Assembly (NCBI GenBank): GCA_036501935.1
Contig: DASXZL010000050.1
Coordinates: 6,620-70,619 of the forward strand
Origin: Polyangiaceae bacterium
GTDB taxonomy: Bacteria; Myxococcota_A; Polyangia; Polyangiales; Polyangiaceae
Direction: 5' to 3'
DNA length: 64,000 nt
The position numbers were made by a program, and so were the translations under genes. The notes below the pieces were generated by a model. The model saw nothing but the letters and a program-made list of their open reading frames with translations. It did not search any database and was not told the origin of the DNA. Positions 28,877-38,314 of this stretch are shown one piece after another. Position 1 is the stretch's first letter, and each line of letters begins with the position of its first letter.

Positions 28877-30274
28877 GTGACGCCCACCGATCCGCCGCCC
28901 CCGCACCAGACCCGGGAGGTCGACCTCGGTCCGACGCCGGAGCCTCTCCCGCTCCAGCTCGAGCTGCCCGCGCAAGAGGTCCTCCCCGCCGGCGTGGCGG
29001 CGCGGCCGCCGGGAGCCGGCCCTCGGAAGGGCGCCGTGCGGCGGTGGATCGTGCGCGTCGTCGTCGTGCTCCTCGTCCTCGGCGCGGGGGCCGCGGCCGT
29101 GTTCGTGTGGGGCCTTCCCTGGTACGTCCGGCGCGAGTGCATCGCGGAGGCCGCGGCGCACGGGATCGCGCTCACCATCGATGACGTCGACGTGGGCGCC
29201 GGCACCTTCCACCTGCTCGGCGTGCACGCGACCGCGACGGCGCTTCCGGGCGCGCGCGCCGAGGCGCCGGAGATCGTCGTCGAGACCACGGGCCTGCACC
29301 CCGACCGGCTGACCGTGCGGCGCGCCTCGCTGACGCTCACCGGGCCCTGGAGGACGGTCGACGCGGCCTTCTCGGCCTGGCGTGCGAGCCCACAGGGAGG
29401 ACAGGGCGGCGCGTGGGCGCCGACGTCGCTGGTGATCGACGAGTCGCGCGTCGTCTGGCAAGGCCCCTTCGCGGAGAACGCGCGCGTCGAGGCCGCGAAC
29501 ACGCACCTCGACGTCACCTGGGGCGGGCCGTCGGCCACCGTCCACACCCGCTCGGACAACGTGATCGTCGTCGTCCCCGCCGGCAAGCTCGGGCCCTGGA
29601 GGGTGGACCTCGACAGGACGCCCGCGACCCTGCGCCTGCGGCTCGCGCTCGATCCGGGCGTGCCCGACGCGTGCACCGTGCTCGTCGTCGGCAACGACGG
29701 CGGCATCACCAACGTCGACGTGAAGATCCCCCGCTCGCCGCTGGCGCGTCTCGGCGTCGCTCCGGAGCTCGTCGGCCTGCACGGCAAGGCGCTCCAGGTC
29801 GAGGCGACGGCGCACTACGCGGCGATGGGGGCCGACCACGGCGAGGCCGCGTCGAAGGGTGCCCTCTACGGGATCGACGCCGGACTCCCCGCCCCGCTCG
29901 ACGTCAACTGGGACGGCTCGGCGACCGGCGATCGCCGGGCCGGGCTCGACGTGAAGAAGGCGCGTCTCGCGGTGGGTCCGATGGTCGGCACGATGACGGG
30001 CACGCTGAAGACCTTCGACGACGGCTTCCGGGTGGACCTGGCGTGGACGGCGACGCCCGTCCCGTGCGCGGCCTTCGAGGCGCCGATCGGGGCGGGGAAC
30101 CCGTTCGACGTCGCCTACCAGCTCCGGAAGCTGGCCGAAGGCGTGGGCCTGGCCAAGGTGGCCGGCGAAGTGAGCGCCCGCGGAGCGCTCACCTTCGACT
30201 CGCGCGACTTCGGCGCAGCCCGGGTCGAGTTCACTCCCGAGGTCAAATGCCAGGTTGCCCTGTTCGGACAGTAG
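28877..30274 (+). CDS. Membrane-anchored hypothetical protein
   Basis: In-frame GTG 28877 within track ORF 28655..30274, divergent from the cyclase gene. One N-terminal TM segment (VVVVLLVLGAGAAAVFVWGL) is followed by a large soluble region. Confidence 0.5.
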   Translation: MTPTDPPPPHQTREVDLGPTPEPLPLQLELPAQEVLPAGVAARPPGAGPRKGAVRRWIVRVVVVLLVLGAGAAAVFVWGLPWYVRRECIAEAAAHGIALTIDDVDVGAGTFHLLGVHATATALPGARAEAPEIVVETTGLHPDRLTVRRASLTLTGPWRTVDAAFSAWRASPQGGQGGAWAPTSLVIDESRVVWQGPFAENARVEAANTHLDVTWGGPSATVHTRSDNVIVVVPAGKLGPWRVDLDRTPATLRLRLALDPGVPDACTVLVVGNDGGITNVDVKIPRSPLARLGVAPELVGLHGKALQVEATAHYAAMGADHGEAASKGALYGIDAGLPAPLDVNWDGSATGDRRAGLDVKKARLAVGPMVGTMTGTLKTFDDGFRVDLAWTATPVPCAAFEAPIGAGNPFDVAYQLRKLAEGVGLAKVAGEVSARGALTFDSRDFGAARVEFTPEVKCQVALFGQ

Positions 30275-30316
30275 GCCCTGTTCGGACTGTAGATCGTGAG
30301 CTATAGAGGGCCCGCC

Positions 30317-30547
30317 ATGAGAGGATCTCGTACCCCCGCCCTGCGCCCGACCACCAACGACCTGCAGAACAAGCTCCGTGGGCTCTCGCGCCACCGGCGC
30401 GGAAAGCTCGCCGCCGCAGCCCACACGACGCTCGTGAAGGTCGACCAGTGGGCCCGGGGCGCCGGTCTGCCCACCGACCTCGCCGGCGCCATCGAGCGCG
30501 CGATGCTGAGCGCCTCCGAGCGCAAGTCGAAGGCCAAGACGGCCTGA
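30317..30547 (+). CDS. Small (76 aa) basic protein, possible Cro/YdaS-like HTH
   Basis: ATG 30317 within track ORF 30296..30547. I read strongly G/C-biased third codon positions. The segment LAAAAHTTLVKVDQWARGAGLP resembles short HTH proteins. Confidence 0.4.
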   Translation: MRGSRTPALRPTTNDLQNKLRGLSRHRRGKLAAAAHTTLVKVDQWARGAGLPTDLAGAIERAMLSASERKSKAKTA

Positions 30548-30561
30548 GGAGCGTCGACCGC

Positions 30562-31668
30562 CTAGCCGTTCTGCTTGGCGAAGTCCTTCATGAAGCGGGC
30601 GAGCTCCTCGACCCACTCGAGCTCCACCGCGTTGTAGAGCGACACGCGGACGCCGCCGACGCTGCGGTGGCCCTTCAGCCCCACCATGCCGGCTTTCTTC
30701 GAGCCGTCGAGGAAGCGCTTCTCCAGCTCCGGGCTCGGCAGCCGGAAGACGACGTTCATCACCGAGCGGCTCCCCTTGTCGACGGGCGCCCGGTAAAGCG
30801 CGGGCTCCGCGTCGATGGCGGCGTAAAGCGTGGCGGCCTTCTGGCGGTTGCGGCGCTCGATGACCTCGAGCCCCCCGAGGCTCTTGATCCACTCGAGCAC
30901 GTTGCGCACGAGGTAGATCCCGAACGTGGGCGGCGTGTTCAGCAGTGACTTCGCCTCCGCGTGCGCGCGGTACTGGAGGATGCCCGGCAGGTCCTTGCGG
31001 CCGCGGTCGATGAACTCGCGCCGCGCGATGACGACCGTCACGCCACTCGGGCCGATGTTCTTCTGCGCGCCGCCGTAGATCATCGAGAACGGCGCGACGT
31101 CGATCTTGCGCCACAGAAAGTCGCTCGACATGTCGCACACCTGCGGCGCCGTCCCGAAGCGCGGCACCTCGAGGTACTGCAGGCCGTGGATCGTCTCGTT
31201 GCTCGCCCAGTGCACGTAGCCGGCCTGCGGATCGAGCTTCGCCTCGTCCGGACGAGCGACGCGGTGGTAGCCGTCGTTCTCCTCTTTCGTGCACGCCGCG
31301 AGCTGCACGTGCGCCGACGCGACGTGCGCCCACGCCAGCGCCTCCGCGTGCGCCTTCGCGCTCCACGTCCCCGTCACCACGTAGTCCGCCGCTCCGCCGA
31401 CGGGCAGAAAGCTCATCGGGATGAGCGCGAACTGCATCGACGCGCCCCCTTGGAGGAACATCACCTCGAAGCTCGGCGGCAGCGAGAGCAGCTCCCGGAG
31501 CAGCGAGAGCGCCTGGTCGTGCACCGCTTCGTACTCCGGGCCGCGGTGCGAGTGCTCCATGACGGACATCCCGCTGCCCGCGAAGTCGAGCAGCTCGTCG
31601 CGCGCCCGCTCGAGCGCGGGCAAAGGGAGGGTCGCAGGGCCGGCGTTGAAGTTGAGAGGGCGGCGCAT
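30562..31668 (-). CDS. serC: Phosphoserine aminotransferase
   Basis: The N-terminus MRRPLNFNAGPATLP is diagnostic. Further blocks: MEHSHRG, FLQGGASMQF and GGAQKNIGPSG. Length is 368 aa. Confidence 0.9.
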   Translation of the reverse strand: MRRPLNFNAGPATLPLPALERARDELLDFAGSGMSVMEHSHRGPEYEAVHDQALSLLRELLSLPPSFEVMFLQGGASMQFALIPMSFLPVGGAADYVVTGTWSAKAHAEALAWAHVASAHVQLAACTKEENDGYHRVARPDEAKLDPQAGYVHWASNETIHGLQYLEVPRFGTAPQVCDMSSDFLWRKIDVAPFSMIYGGAQKNIGPSGVTVVIARREFIDRGRKDLPGILQYRAHAEAKSLLNTPPTFGIYLVRNVLEWIKSLGGLEVIERRNRQKAATLYAAIDAEPALYRAPVDKGSRSVMNVVFRLPSPELEKRFLDGSKKAGMVGLKGHRSVGGVRVSLYNAVELEWVEELARFMKDFAKQNG

Positions 31669-31785
31669 GGTGGCGGCACTCTAGCCGGTACGATGGCCGG
31701 GCGCATGGGGGTCGCTCCGCGAACGAAGGCCCGCGCGGCGGCGGTCGTGCTCGCCACGATTTCCCCCCACGCGGTCTACCCCGCC

Positions 31786-32352
31786 TCAGTGCGGCGTGAA
31801 CGCGCTCGCGATCGAGCTCGGGATGACCGCCATCATCTGGTCACGCGTCACGGTCCCCGACTCGTCGACGCCGTAGTTGTCCTTCTCGAGCTGGAGCGAC
31901 CGCGTCGCCGTCACGTCGGCCTTGCCCTGGAAGCGGTAGCCGATGACGGGCGAGGCCATCGCCTGCTGCACGAGCTGGAAGGCCAGCGGGAGCGGCAGCG
32001 ACAACGGCACGCGCACCGACGTCGTCTGATGGGCGGGCAGCCACAGACCGTCGCCCGGCGCGCGGTAGTCGACGGGGAGCGGGAAGCGCTCGGCCAGGAC
32101 GGTCTGCCCGCGCACGGCGCGGACGGCCACGTCGTAGCTGTTCGGGTTGTACACATCGAGGACGATGGTCATCACGACGTCGACGCTGGGCGGCAACGTC
32201 GCCAGCTGGACGCCGCTGATCTCGGCGTGGTTCAAGTGCATCGTCGGCTTGCTCACGCAGCCGGTGCACGCGAGGAGCGCGACGACGCCGAGCGCGGCGC
32301 CGAGGCGAAGCACGGGTGACGAAAAAGCGGATCGAGTAAGGGGTGTGGCCAC
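31786..32352 (-). CDS. LEA_2 (late-embryogenesis-abundant type 2 / NDR1-HIN1-like) lipoprotein
   Basis: Lipobox LLACTGC. The region …VDVVMTIVLDVYNPNSYDVAVRAVRGQ… is typical of LEA_2 beta-sandwich proteins. The gene starts 4 nt after the NlpC/P60 stop. Confidence 0.65.
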   Translation of the reverse strand: MATPLTRSAFSSPVLRLGAALGVVALLACTGCVSKPTMHLNHAEISGVQLATLPPSVDVVMTIVLDVYNPNSYDVAVRAVRGQTVLAERFPLPVDYRAPGDGLWLPAHQTTSVRVPLSLPLPLAFQLVQQAMASPVIGYRFQGKADVTATRSLQLEKDNYGVDESGTVTRDQMMAVIPSSIASAFTPH

Positions 32353-32356
32353 GCCC

Positions 32357-32860
32357 TCAGTCTACGCCCGCCGGACGCAGGGCGCGGTACGGATTGGTCG
32401 CGGGGCGGCGGACGACGCCGTGGCGCGAGTCGAGGGCCTCGATGGACCAGCCGCCGCCCGCATAGATGCCGACGTGTCCCGGCCACCAGAGAATATCGCC
32501 GGCGTGGATCTCGTCCAACGGGACTTCCGTGAGCGCGTCGCCCATCGCGCCGGCCGTGCGCGGCAGCGGAACGCCGACGGAGCCCCACGCGCGCAGCACC
32601 AGGCCCGAGCAGTCGAAGCAGTCGGGACCCTTGCCACCCCAGCAGTACCGGTGGCCGATCTGAGCCGCGGCGAACGCGACGACCTCGCGGGCGCGCGGGC
32701 CCGGCGACGGCTCTCGGCCTTCGCGGGCGCGCTCGACGAGCGCCGAGCGCGGCAGGCTCCGGGAGGTCGTGGCCGAACAGGCCGTCGAGGAGAAGCCGAG
32801 CAGGCCGACGACGCCGATCAGGCGAACGAGCCGGTTGCCGAGGAGCGTGCGGCGCACCAC
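32357..32860 (-). CDS. NlpC/P60 (C40) cell-wall peptidase lipoprotein
   Basis: Start placed at GTG 32860, giving VRRTLLGNRLVRLIGVVGLLGFSSTAC. Catalytic Cys context FDCSGLVLRAW and His context WPGHVGIYAG. Confidence 0.8.
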   Translation of the reverse strand: MVRRTLLGNRLVRLIGVVGLLGFSSTACSATTSRSLPRSALVERAREGREPSPGPRAREVVAFAAAQIGHRYCWGGKGPDCFDCSGLVLRAWGSVGVPLPRTAGAMGDALTEVPLDEIHAGDILWWPGHVGIYAGGGWSIEALDSRHGVVRRPATNPYRALRPAGVD

Positions 32861-32888
32861 GGGATCGTGACCCGACAGGGGGCCGAAG

Positions 32889-33560
32889 GTGAAATTCCCG
32901 GGTCTTGCGCCGCCGGGCGCCGCGGGCGGAAGATCGGAGCAAGGTCCGCTGGTCTTGGACGAGCTGCTCGTACCCCTCCCCGCCCCGCGCGCGACGCTTC
33001 CTACGGCGACGCACGTGCGGAGCACGCTCGTCCTCTCGTCGCACCAGTCGCTGCGCTCGCGCGGCCTCTTCGAGCGCTACGCCGCCGGGCTCGACGAGGC
33101 CCATCGACCGGCGATCCTCGAGGCGGTCGCGGGCGTGTGGCTGCCGATGGACGTCGGGGTCGCCCACTACCGGGCGTGCGACGCGCTCGGGCTCCCGTCG
33201 GAAGAGCAGGCTCGCATGGGCCGCGACGTGAACGCGCGCGTCCAGGGATCCGTGCTCGGTCTCGTGGCCCGCACCGCCCGCGAAGCCGGCCTCACGCCGT
33301 GGGTCGTCCTCGGCTCGCTGGGCCGACTCTGGCAGCGCACCTTCGACGGAGGAGGCGGCGTCGAGGTCCGCAAGACGGGACCGAAGGACGCGCGCGCCGA
33401 GCTCGTCGGCCTCCCGCTGCTCGAGATCGCGTACTTCCGCCACGCGTTCCGCGGCGTCTTCGAGGGCGGCCTGCAGCCAATCAGCCAGCGCGCCTACGTG
33501 CGCGAAGAGAGCGACGAGGGAACGCCGACGTCCGCGGTGTTCCGCGTGCAGTGGGTCTGA
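32889..33560 (+). CDS. Hypothetical protein, possibly the myxobacterial DUF2378/TIGR02265-type paralogous family
   Basis: Track ORF. Architecture resembles the gene at 34183..34818: similar length, a conserved Trp/Pro core, and a C-terminal strand (…FRVQWV versus …GFEIRLQE). The family call is tentative. Confidence 0.45.
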   Translation: MKFPGLAPPGAAGGRSEQGPLVLDELLVPLPAPRATLPTATHVRSTLVLSSHQSLRSRGLFERYAAGLDEAHRPAILEAVAGVWLPMDVGVAHYRACDALGLPSEEQARMGRDVNARVQGSVLGLVARTAREAGLTPWVVLGSLGRLWQRTFDGGGGVEVRKTGPKDARAELVGLPLLEIAYFRHAFRGVFEGGLQPISQRAYVREESDEGTPTSAVFRVQWV

Positions 33561-33665
33561 GGGGCGCGGTCGAGGCTGCACGCGAGACGCGGCGCCGAAG
33601 AGGAGGCCGACGAGTGAAGGGAGACGCCGCCGACCGCGGGCCGAACTTGGGCTAGCGTGCGCCGC

Positions 33666-34070
33666 ATGTCGGAGAAGATGCGGTTCGAGGGGTTGACGCT
33701 CACCGTCGAGAGCGTGGAGCGGTCGATCGAGTTCTACAGCGGCAAGCTCGGCATCAAGGTCGAGTGGAACGCGGTCCCTGCGTTTGCCATGCTCCGGCAC
33801 GGAGCTGGGACCATCGGCCTTCTGTCCGTCCTCGAGGCACGCAAGGAAGGCGTCGAGGACTCGACGGCCGAACAGAAACGAGCGATCCACGTCGAGTTCA
33901 CCACCGACGATCTCGACGGGCTCTTCGAGGAGCTCGAGGCCAAGGGCGTCGTGTTTCATCAGCCGCCTCACGACGAGCCTTGGGAGCGCGCCATGACTGC
34001 GTTCGATCCGGATGGCTACGCCGTCGAGTTTGCGCAGGGGAAGCGCGGAAAAAACCAGACGAAGGCTTGA
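33666..34070 (+). CDS. VOC / glyoxalase-bleomycin-resistance family protein
   Basis: Starts FEGLTLTVESVERSIEFYSGKLG. Continues …HVEFTTDDLDGLFEELEAKGV… and …FDPDGYAVEF, the classic beta-alpha-beta-beta-beta module pair. Confidence 0.75.
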   Translation: MSEKMRFEGLTLTVESVERSIEFYSGKLGIKVEWNAVPAFAMLRHGAGTIGLLSVLEARKEGVEDSTAEQKRAIHVEFTTDDLDGLFEELEAKGVVFHQPPHDEPWERAMTAFDPDGYAVEFAQGKRGKNQTKA

Positions 34071-34182
34071 GCCTGCGGGCCGCGAGGACGATGCCCGACG
34101 CTCCGGCCTCGCGTCGACGCGCCGAGCCCAGCCATTCTGTCCACGGGCGCGACGGCACGCGCGGTGCTCCACTCCACAGGCG

Positions 34183-34818
34183 ATGCCATCCGCGCTCGAA
34201 GACTACGAGGCTCTTCCGTTCCCGGCGGGGACGAGCCCGTTTCGGATCAAGGGCGTCACCTACCGGGGCCACGTCGACTACGCGGCGAGCTTCATCCCGG
34301 GCGGCGAGCGCGCGGTCATCGACGCGCTTCGCACGCCGGAGCTCCGCGCGTTCTTCGACCAGCGTTTCCTCGCGTCCTCCTGGTACGACGCCTTCCCGAT
34401 GGTGCCTGCGTGGCAGGTGTGCGCGCGCCTCCTCCAGCAGAACCCGACGGACTTCCTGAAGGCGCGCACGCGGCACCAGGCCCTCGCCGACATCCACGGC
34501 GTCTACCGCTTTCTCCTCAAGCTCTCGTCGGCCGAGAGCATCGCGCTCCGGGGCCCACGCGTCCTCCAGCAGTACTTCGACTTCGGAGTCACCGAGGCCA
34601 GCGTCGTCGGTCCCGGCTGCGTCCGGGCGATGGCGAGCGGCATCCCGTCGTTCCTCGTGCCGTGGTTCCGTATCGTGACGGAGACCTACCTCCTCGTCGC
34701 CCTCGAGCTCGCGGGCGTCGAGTCGCCGCAGGTCCGTCGCCTCGGCGTGACCCCCGGAGGGGAGGCGCACGGTCTCGGCCTCGCCGTCGTGGGCTTCGAG
34801 ATCCGGCTTCAGGAATGA
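34183..34818 (+). CDS. Hypothetical protein, possible DUF2378-like paralog of 32889..33560
   Basis: ATG 34183 (MPSALEDYEAL) within track ORF 34012..34818. The sequence is globular. See the note on 32889..33560. Confidence 0.45.
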   Translation: MPSALEDYEALPFPAGTSPFRIKGVTYRGHVDYAASFIPGGERAVIDALRTPELRAFFDQRFLASSWYDAFPMVPAWQVCARLLQQNPTDFLKARTRHQALADIHGVYRFLLKLSSAESIALRGPRVLQQYFDFGVTEASVVGPGCVRAMASGIPSFLVPWFRIVTETYLLVALELAGVESPQVRRLGVTPGGEAHGLGLAVVGFEIRLQE

Positions 34819-34858
34819 GCGCGTGACCGGAGCGTCGCGCGCGCCCGGACGAAATTCG

Positions 34859-34889
34859 GAAACGAACTTTCGAGTCGCACGTATCCCTC
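34859..34889 (+). promoter_or_regulatory. Candidate ECF-type promoter GAAAC-N16-CGTATCCCTC upstream of lipoprotein/sigma/anti-sigma operon
   Basis: Sequence read directly: gaaac gaactttcgagtcgca cgtatccctc. It ends 37 nt before ATG 34927. The same motif occurs at 38175-38205 (minus strand) and 38226-38256 (plus strand). Confidence 0.5.
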
Positions 34890-34926
34890 GTTCGAGAGGG
34901 GACGGCGGCCGCCGCCGGAGGACACC

Positions 34927-35550
34927 ATGGACACGACGTGGTCGACGCATGCATTTGGTTTGCTCATCGGTACGGGGCTGTTCGCGACGCTTGCCGGGTG
35001 CTCGACGGCTGCACCGAAGCCGGCCATCGCGTCCCCGACGGTGGCGTTCGGGGCGGCGACGAGCGATGTACCGTCCGAGTGTGGGCTGCAGGGCGCTCCC
35101 CGCGTCCTCGCCAAGAACGTCGCGCCGATGGCCGGCGTGACGGCGACGGCCCAGGGCCAGCACGTGTGGCTCCGCTACACGACGACCCGGTCACCGCGCG
35201 TGGCAGAGAAGCTCGATCTCACGTCCCTCGACGCCATCGTCGACGACGAGACACCGCCGCCCGAGGACACGCTTCCGACCGGACCCGTGGTGGTCGGTCG
35301 CCCCGATCGCCAGCGGCTCGTCGCATGGACGGAGGGCACGCTCTATCGCGGCCTGCACGTGAAAGCCGCGACCTTGGACGCGAGCAGCGGCGCCGTCGGC
35401 GAGCCGATCGATCTCGGCTACCAGGGCAGTGCCTTCGGGTATCCGGCGGCCGCGGTGACGAGGGCGGGCGAAGGGGTCCTGGCGTTCATCGAGTCGAACG
35501 GTACGGGTTTCCAGATCGTCGCGATGCGCGTCGTCTGCGACCGAAGGTAA
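34927..35550 (+). CDS. Hypothetical lipoprotein, first gene of ECF operon 1
   Basis: Lipobox LFATLAGC. Lies 64 nt upstream of the sigma gene on the same strand and is preceded by the shared promoter motif. Confidence 0.5.
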   Translation: MDTTWSTHAFGLLIGTGLFATLAGCSTAAPKPAIASPTVAFGAATSDVPSECGLQGAPRVLAKNVAPMAGVTATAQGQHVWLRYTTTRSPRVAEKLDLTSLDAIVDDETPPPEDTLPTGPVVVGRPDRQRLVAWTEGTLYRGLHVKAATLDASSGAVGEPIDLGYQGSAFGYPAAAVTRAGEGVLAFIESNGTGFQIVAMRVVCDRR

Positions 35551-35614
35551 GCCGCGGGGACGAAGCCAGCATGGAGGCGCGCGCCCTTCGGGAGGGGAGC
35601 GCGCGCAAGAGCGC

Positions 35615-36205
35615 ATGACCACGAGCACGTGGAGAGAGGCTGCGAGCGCGGCCATGGACAGGTACGCCTGCGGCGACGACGCGGCGTTCTCGGAGCTATA
35701 CGACCTTCTGGCTCCGCGCCTGGCGTCGTTTCTCGTTCGGCGGACCCGCGATCCGGCGCTCGCCGGCGATCTCGTCCAGCAGACCTTCTTGCAGATGCAC
35801 TCGTCCCGCCGGCACTTCGCCGAGGGGGCCGACGTCATGCCCTGGGCGTTCGCGATCGCGCGACGCCTGCTCATCGACGTCTTCCGCAAGAGCGGGCGCG
35901 AGATCATGGCCGACGACGACGAGGGGGGCGAGGGGCGCGAGAGCGTCGCGCCCGAGCCCTCGCCGGACCAGCTCGTGTCGCGACGACGTCTCGTCGATCG
36001 GATCGGGCAGGAGCTCGAGCGGATCCCCGAGGCGCAGCGCGCGGCCTTCGAGCTCGTCAAGCGCGATGGGCTCTCGCTCGCCGAGGCCGCCGAGGTGCTC
36101 GGCACGACGGTCGCCGCCGTGAAGCTGCGGGTGCACCGGACGTATGAGGTTTTGCGTGCGCGTCTCGGCGACGAGCTGCGCGAGGAGCTGGACGGGACGT
36201 GGTGA
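35615..36205 (+). CDS. ECF-type RNA polymerase sigma-70 factor (pair 1)
   Basis: Region 2 (LVQQTFLQMH, PWAFAIARRLLIDVFRK) and region 4 HTH (LSLAEAAEVLGTTVAAVKLRVHR). Confidence 0.85.
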   Translation: MTTSTWREAASAAMDRYACGDDAAFSELYDLLAPRLASFLVRRTRDPALAGDLVQQTFLQMHSSRRHFAEGADVMPWAFAIARRLLIDVFRKSGREIMADDDEGGEGRESVAPEPSPDQLVSRRRLVDRIGQELERIPEAQRAAFELVKRDGLSLAEAAEVLGTTVAAVKLRVHRTYEVLRARLGDELREELDGTW

Positions 36206-36232
36206 GCGACGGGCCATCCCGAGGAGGTAGTC

Positions 36233-36898
36233 GTGAACGGATTGGACGAAGCGGGCTCGATTCTCGCGCAGAAGGCGCGTGTCATGGCGGCTGCTGCCGC
36301 GACACCCTCGCCCACGCGCCGACAAGCGCGCAGGGTCACGTATCTCATCGTCGCGCTCTCGGTCATCGTGGGTCTTACGCTGTTCGAGCTCGCCGGGGGG
36401 CTCGCCCACGCGCGCGACCGACCGCTGGCCCTCACGGTGCGCCTGGCCGATGGCTGGGCTCTGGCGTCGGCCGTCCTCACGTGGCTGGTGGTCCGGCGCG
36501 CGACACCCCTCGTGCGCGACGGCGACGTGCTCGCGCTGCTGCTCGTCGCCGCCCCGCTGGTCCTGCTGGGCTGGATGGCGCGGTTCCATCTGGCCTACGT
36601 CGATGCGCCGCCTGTCGCCGACTGGCCTTGCTTCGTCGGAGCACTCACCGCGGCGGCGGCTCCCCTGGCGGGTCTGTCGTGGGCACGACGGAAGGCCGAG
36701 CCGAGGCGCCCGGGCATGCTCGGGGCCGCCATCGGCGCTTCGTGCGGAGCATGGGCCGGCGTGCTCGCCCTGCTCTGGTGTCCTCACACGGGCCTCGAGC
36801 ACGCCCTCGCCGGTCACGTCGCGCCCCTCGTGGCGACGACGGTGCTCGGGGCCATCACCGGGGTCCGCGTGCTGCGAATGCGACGAGGCTCTCCGTGA
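36233..36898 (+). CDS. NrsF-like (DUF1109) polytopic anti-sigma factor (pair 1)
   Basis: Sits directly downstream of the ECF sigma gene. About six hydrophobic segments. Conserved Cys-containing segment GASCGAWAGVLALLWCPHTGLEH, shared with the paralog at 36904..37572. Confidence 0.6.
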   Translation: MNGLDEAGSILAQKARVMAAAAATPSPTRRQARRVTYLIVALSVIVGLTLFELAGGLAHARDRPLALTVRLADGWALASAVLTWLVVRRATPLVRDGDVLALLLVAAPLVLLGWMARFHLAYVDAPPVADWPCFVGALTAAAAPLAGLSWARRKAEPRRPGMLGAAIGASCGAWAGVLALLWCPHTGLEHALAGHVAPLVATTVLGAITGVRVLRMRRGSP

Positions 36899-36903
36899 TC
36901 GGC

Positions 36904-37572
36904 TCACGGCCGGCGGCGCCCGCTCATCTTCAAGATGCGGGCTCCGAGCACCGCGCCGAGCGCCGCGAGCACGCCGATGGGAAGGATGTGCCCGAGGGCC
37001 ACGTGCGCGGGGGTGGCGACGGGGCACCACAGCTCCACCATGATGCCGGCCGACGCTCCGCACGCGGAGCCGAGGGCCGCTCCGGTGACGGCAGGGTGCA
37101 CCGGATCGCTCTCGCGCCGCGCGTAGAGGAGCGCCACGAGCGGGAGGACGGCCGCCGCCAGCGTGAGTCCGAAGCACTTGAGCCCGAGCCGCTCGGGGTG
37201 CAGCGCGGTGACCTCGGGGTCGATGATCGCGAACGCGAACATGAGCGCGAACAGCAGCCCCGGTGTGCCTGCGGCCACGGCCAACAACGTCGACCGCGAT
37301 CGCCAGCTGCGCGATCGAGCGCGGCCGAGCGCGCCCCACATGGAGGTCGCCGCCACGGCCGTCCAGCTCGCGGCGCAGGCCACGTAAAACCAGACCGGGC
37401 GCCCCCCGCCGTGGTCGAGGCCGTTCATCGTGAAGTACAGCGCGCCGGCGACGATGATGCCCGAAGGGAGAACGAGCCACGCCCAGGCCCGCGCCGTCTG
37501 CCGCGTGGTGGACGGCGTGCGGCGCATCGCCTCGAGCAGGCGTGCCTTGGGATCGGAGGGCAGCTCGCTCAT
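36904..37572 (-). CDS. NrsF-like (DUF1109) polytopic anti-sigma factor (pair 2)
   Basis: ATG 37572 (MSELPSDPKARLLEAM) within track ORF 36904..38598. It overlaps the sigma gene stop as ATGA. Paralogous segment GSACGASAGIMVELWCPVATPAH. Confidence 0.6.
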   Translation of the reverse strand: MSELPSDPKARLLEAMRRTPSTTRQTARAWAWLVLPSGIIVAGALYFTMNGLDHGGGRPVWFYVACAASWTAVAATSMWGALGRARSRSWRSRSTLLAVAAGTPGLLFALMFAFAIIDPEVTALHPERLGLKCFGLTLAAAVLPLVALLYARRESDPVHPAVTGAALGSACGASAGIMVELWCPVATPAHVALGHILPIGVLAALGAVLGARILKMSGRRRP

Positions 37573-38132
37573 GGAAGGTCTCCCAGCGCTTCGTGCACTT
37601 CGTCGCCCAGCAGCTCGCGCAGCGCCACGTAGGTCCTGTGCGCCCGGAGCTTCACCGCCGGTACGGTCGTCCCCAGCACCTCCGCCGCCTCGGCCATCGA
37701 CAACCCATCGAGTTGCACGAGCGCGAACGCTTCGCGGTGCTGCTCGGGGAGCTGCTGCAGGGCCTCGAGGATGCGGTCGCCGACACGCCGGAGGGACACC
37801 AGCGCGTCGACGCCCGGTGAGCTGGGCCGCTCCGCCTCGTGGGGCGCGTGGCACTTGCGATGGTCGTCGATGAGCATGCGGCGCGTGATCGCGAAGGCCC
37901 AGGGGGTCACCTGGGCGCCGCGGGCGAAGTGCCTTCGATTCAGGTGCATGCGCAGGAACGTCTCGTGAACGAGCTCCTCCGACCGCGCGTGATCGCGGGT
38001 GCGGCGGAGCAGGAAGGCCAGCAGGCGCGGTGCCAGGAGCGTGTACACCTCCGCGAACGCGGCTTCGTCGCCGCCCTCGGCGTACCTGTCCATGGCCGCA
38101 TCGGCCGCCGGCTTCCACGTGTCGTCGCGCAT
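37569..38132 (-). CDS. ECF-type RNA polymerase sigma-70 factor (pair 2)
   Basis: Close paralog of 35615..36205. Compare AADAAMDRYAEGGDEAAFAEVYTLLAPRL with ASAAMDRYACGDDAAFSELYDLLAPRL. Region 4: LSMAEAAEVLGTTVPAVKLRAHR. Confidence 0.85.
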   Translation of the reverse strand: MRDDTWKPAADAAMDRYAEGGDEAAFAEVYTLLAPRLLAFLLRRTRDHARSEELVHETFLRMHLNRRHFARGAQVTPWAFAITRRMLIDDHRKCHAPHEAERPSSPGVDALVSLRRVGDRILEALQQLPEQHREAFALVQLDGLSMAEAAEVLGTTVPAVKLRAHRTYVALRELLGDEVHEALGDLP

Positions 38133-38174
38133 ACGCTGCGCTCTCCCCCTTTTGCGATCGAGCCCTCGCGCATC

Positions 38175-38205
38175 GGAGGGATACGTACCCGCCGGACATG
38201 CGTTT
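38175..38205 (-). promoter_or_regulatory. Candidate ECF-type promoter GAAAC-N16-CGTATCCCTC upstream of sigma gene 2
   Basis: Plus strand reads gagggatacg tacccgccggacatgc gtttc. The reverse complement is gaaac-N16-cgtatccctc, preceded on the minus strand by a T-run. It lies about 43 nt from start codon 38132. Confidence 0.5.
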
Positions 38206-38225
38206 CCAAAAAAGCGACGTCGACG

Positions 38226-38256
38226 AGTAACTCGAGTGCGTTTCGCCCGTATCCCT
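38226..38256 (+). promoter_or_regulatory. Candidate ECF-type promoter GTAAC-N16-CGTATCCCTC upstream of DUF3455-like gene
   Basis: Reads gtaac tcgagtgcgtttcgcc cgtatccctc. It ends 58 nt before ATG 38315, which is itself preceded by GGAGG. Confidence 0.5.
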
Positions 38257-38314
38257 CCGGGGAGGGGCGTGTCGACCCAACCAAGGGTCGTGGCTCCCCA
38301 GGGAGGATTCTTCC

